Assembly (NCBI RefSeq): GCF_026210795.1
Contig: NC_089433.1
Location: 682,001 to 746,000, forward strand
Direction: 5' to 3'
From: Rhizophagus irregularis
Taxonomy: Eukaryota
Length of the DNA stretch: 64,000 nt
Part shown: positions 63,401 through 64,000 of the stretch, one piece after another
Position numbering within the stretch: the stretch's first letter is position 1
Layout: each line of letters begins with the position of its first letter
Notes under the pieces: model-generated
What the model saw: only the letters and a program-made list of their open reading frames with translations
Told to the model about the DNA's origin: nothing
Database searches by the model: none
Position numbers and translations under genes: made by a program

Positions 63401-64000
63401 AGAATAGTATGCTATCTGTACGAGTATTATGGCTATATATAGTATAAACAATAACAAATAAATATTGTGGATGTCAAAAACTCTCAGATTGGCAGGAGAA
63501 TTAATGAATAATTAGAATTATAGAACACAAATTAAGTTTACTCTTTAAGACCTACTATACTTCAAATAATTGATTACTTTACTTTTGGAAACTTAACATT
63601 GCACAAACTGGATATTAAAAATAATAATTATTAAAGAAATAATTGCTTTAACTGCTGGAGATCGGACATAGAGTTAACGCATATAATCATCTCTGTGGCA
63701 AGAATCTTCCATAATAAAAAGTAAGGTTTAAAATATTTAGTTATTATGATATTTCTTATTTATTAAAACTCATCAAATCTATAGCTTTTTTTAATTTTTA
63801 AGAATTACATAACAGATAAAAAAATATAAAATTAGTGGAGACCAACAAACATGGGAACAAAAAGTTTTATTATATTAGTTGATATAACTATTGATATAAT
63901 TTTTTGAAAATAGGCATTCAAAAATTTTTTTACATTGAATTTAATAACAATCGATGACTTGATTAGAGATACTCAGAACTCACTGAAGTCTTATATCTTC

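Noticed and set aside
1..64000. tRNA, rRNA or other structured RNA genes
   Set aside because: None recognisable by eye; tRNAscan-SE and Infernal would be needed to exclude them.

Overview
Very AT-rich eukaryotic DNA with short GT-AG introns. The gene families present (Crinkler-like, F-box/LRR, Myb-like) suggest an arbuscular mycorrhizal fungus (Glomeromycotina, Rhizophagus-like); this is inference, not a database match. The first ~30.7 kb looks like a decayed Maverick/Polinton-like element. It has a retroviral-type integrase at the left edge, a protein-primed PolB (~22.7-29.9 kb, minus strand) and a tandem-repeat candidate terminus at ~30.2-30.66 kb. I recognise no double-jelly-roll capsid, packaging ATPase or adenain protease. 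Instead, a retroelement-type Gag (capsid-like region plus CCHC knuckle) and a retropepsin protease sit head-to-head with the integrase, with no RT or LTR. The span also holds Crinkler-like and REase-like cargo and a DUF5678-like/retropepsin fusion gene. Nine nested TIR elements with visible TSDs interrupt it (Tc1/mariner-, CACTA/CMC- and hAT-type). One is a 3.9-kb element with hAT-like ends, a MULE/FAR1 transposase and a TTAGGG array in its intron. The right half has two decayed Crinkler-family genes, three spliced paralogues with a degenerate KH-like domain, a disrupted double-KIX polyQ gene, an intact F-box/LRR gene, a Myb-like pseudogene and TE scraps. Coordinates were read by eye; pseudogene boundaries are approximate.
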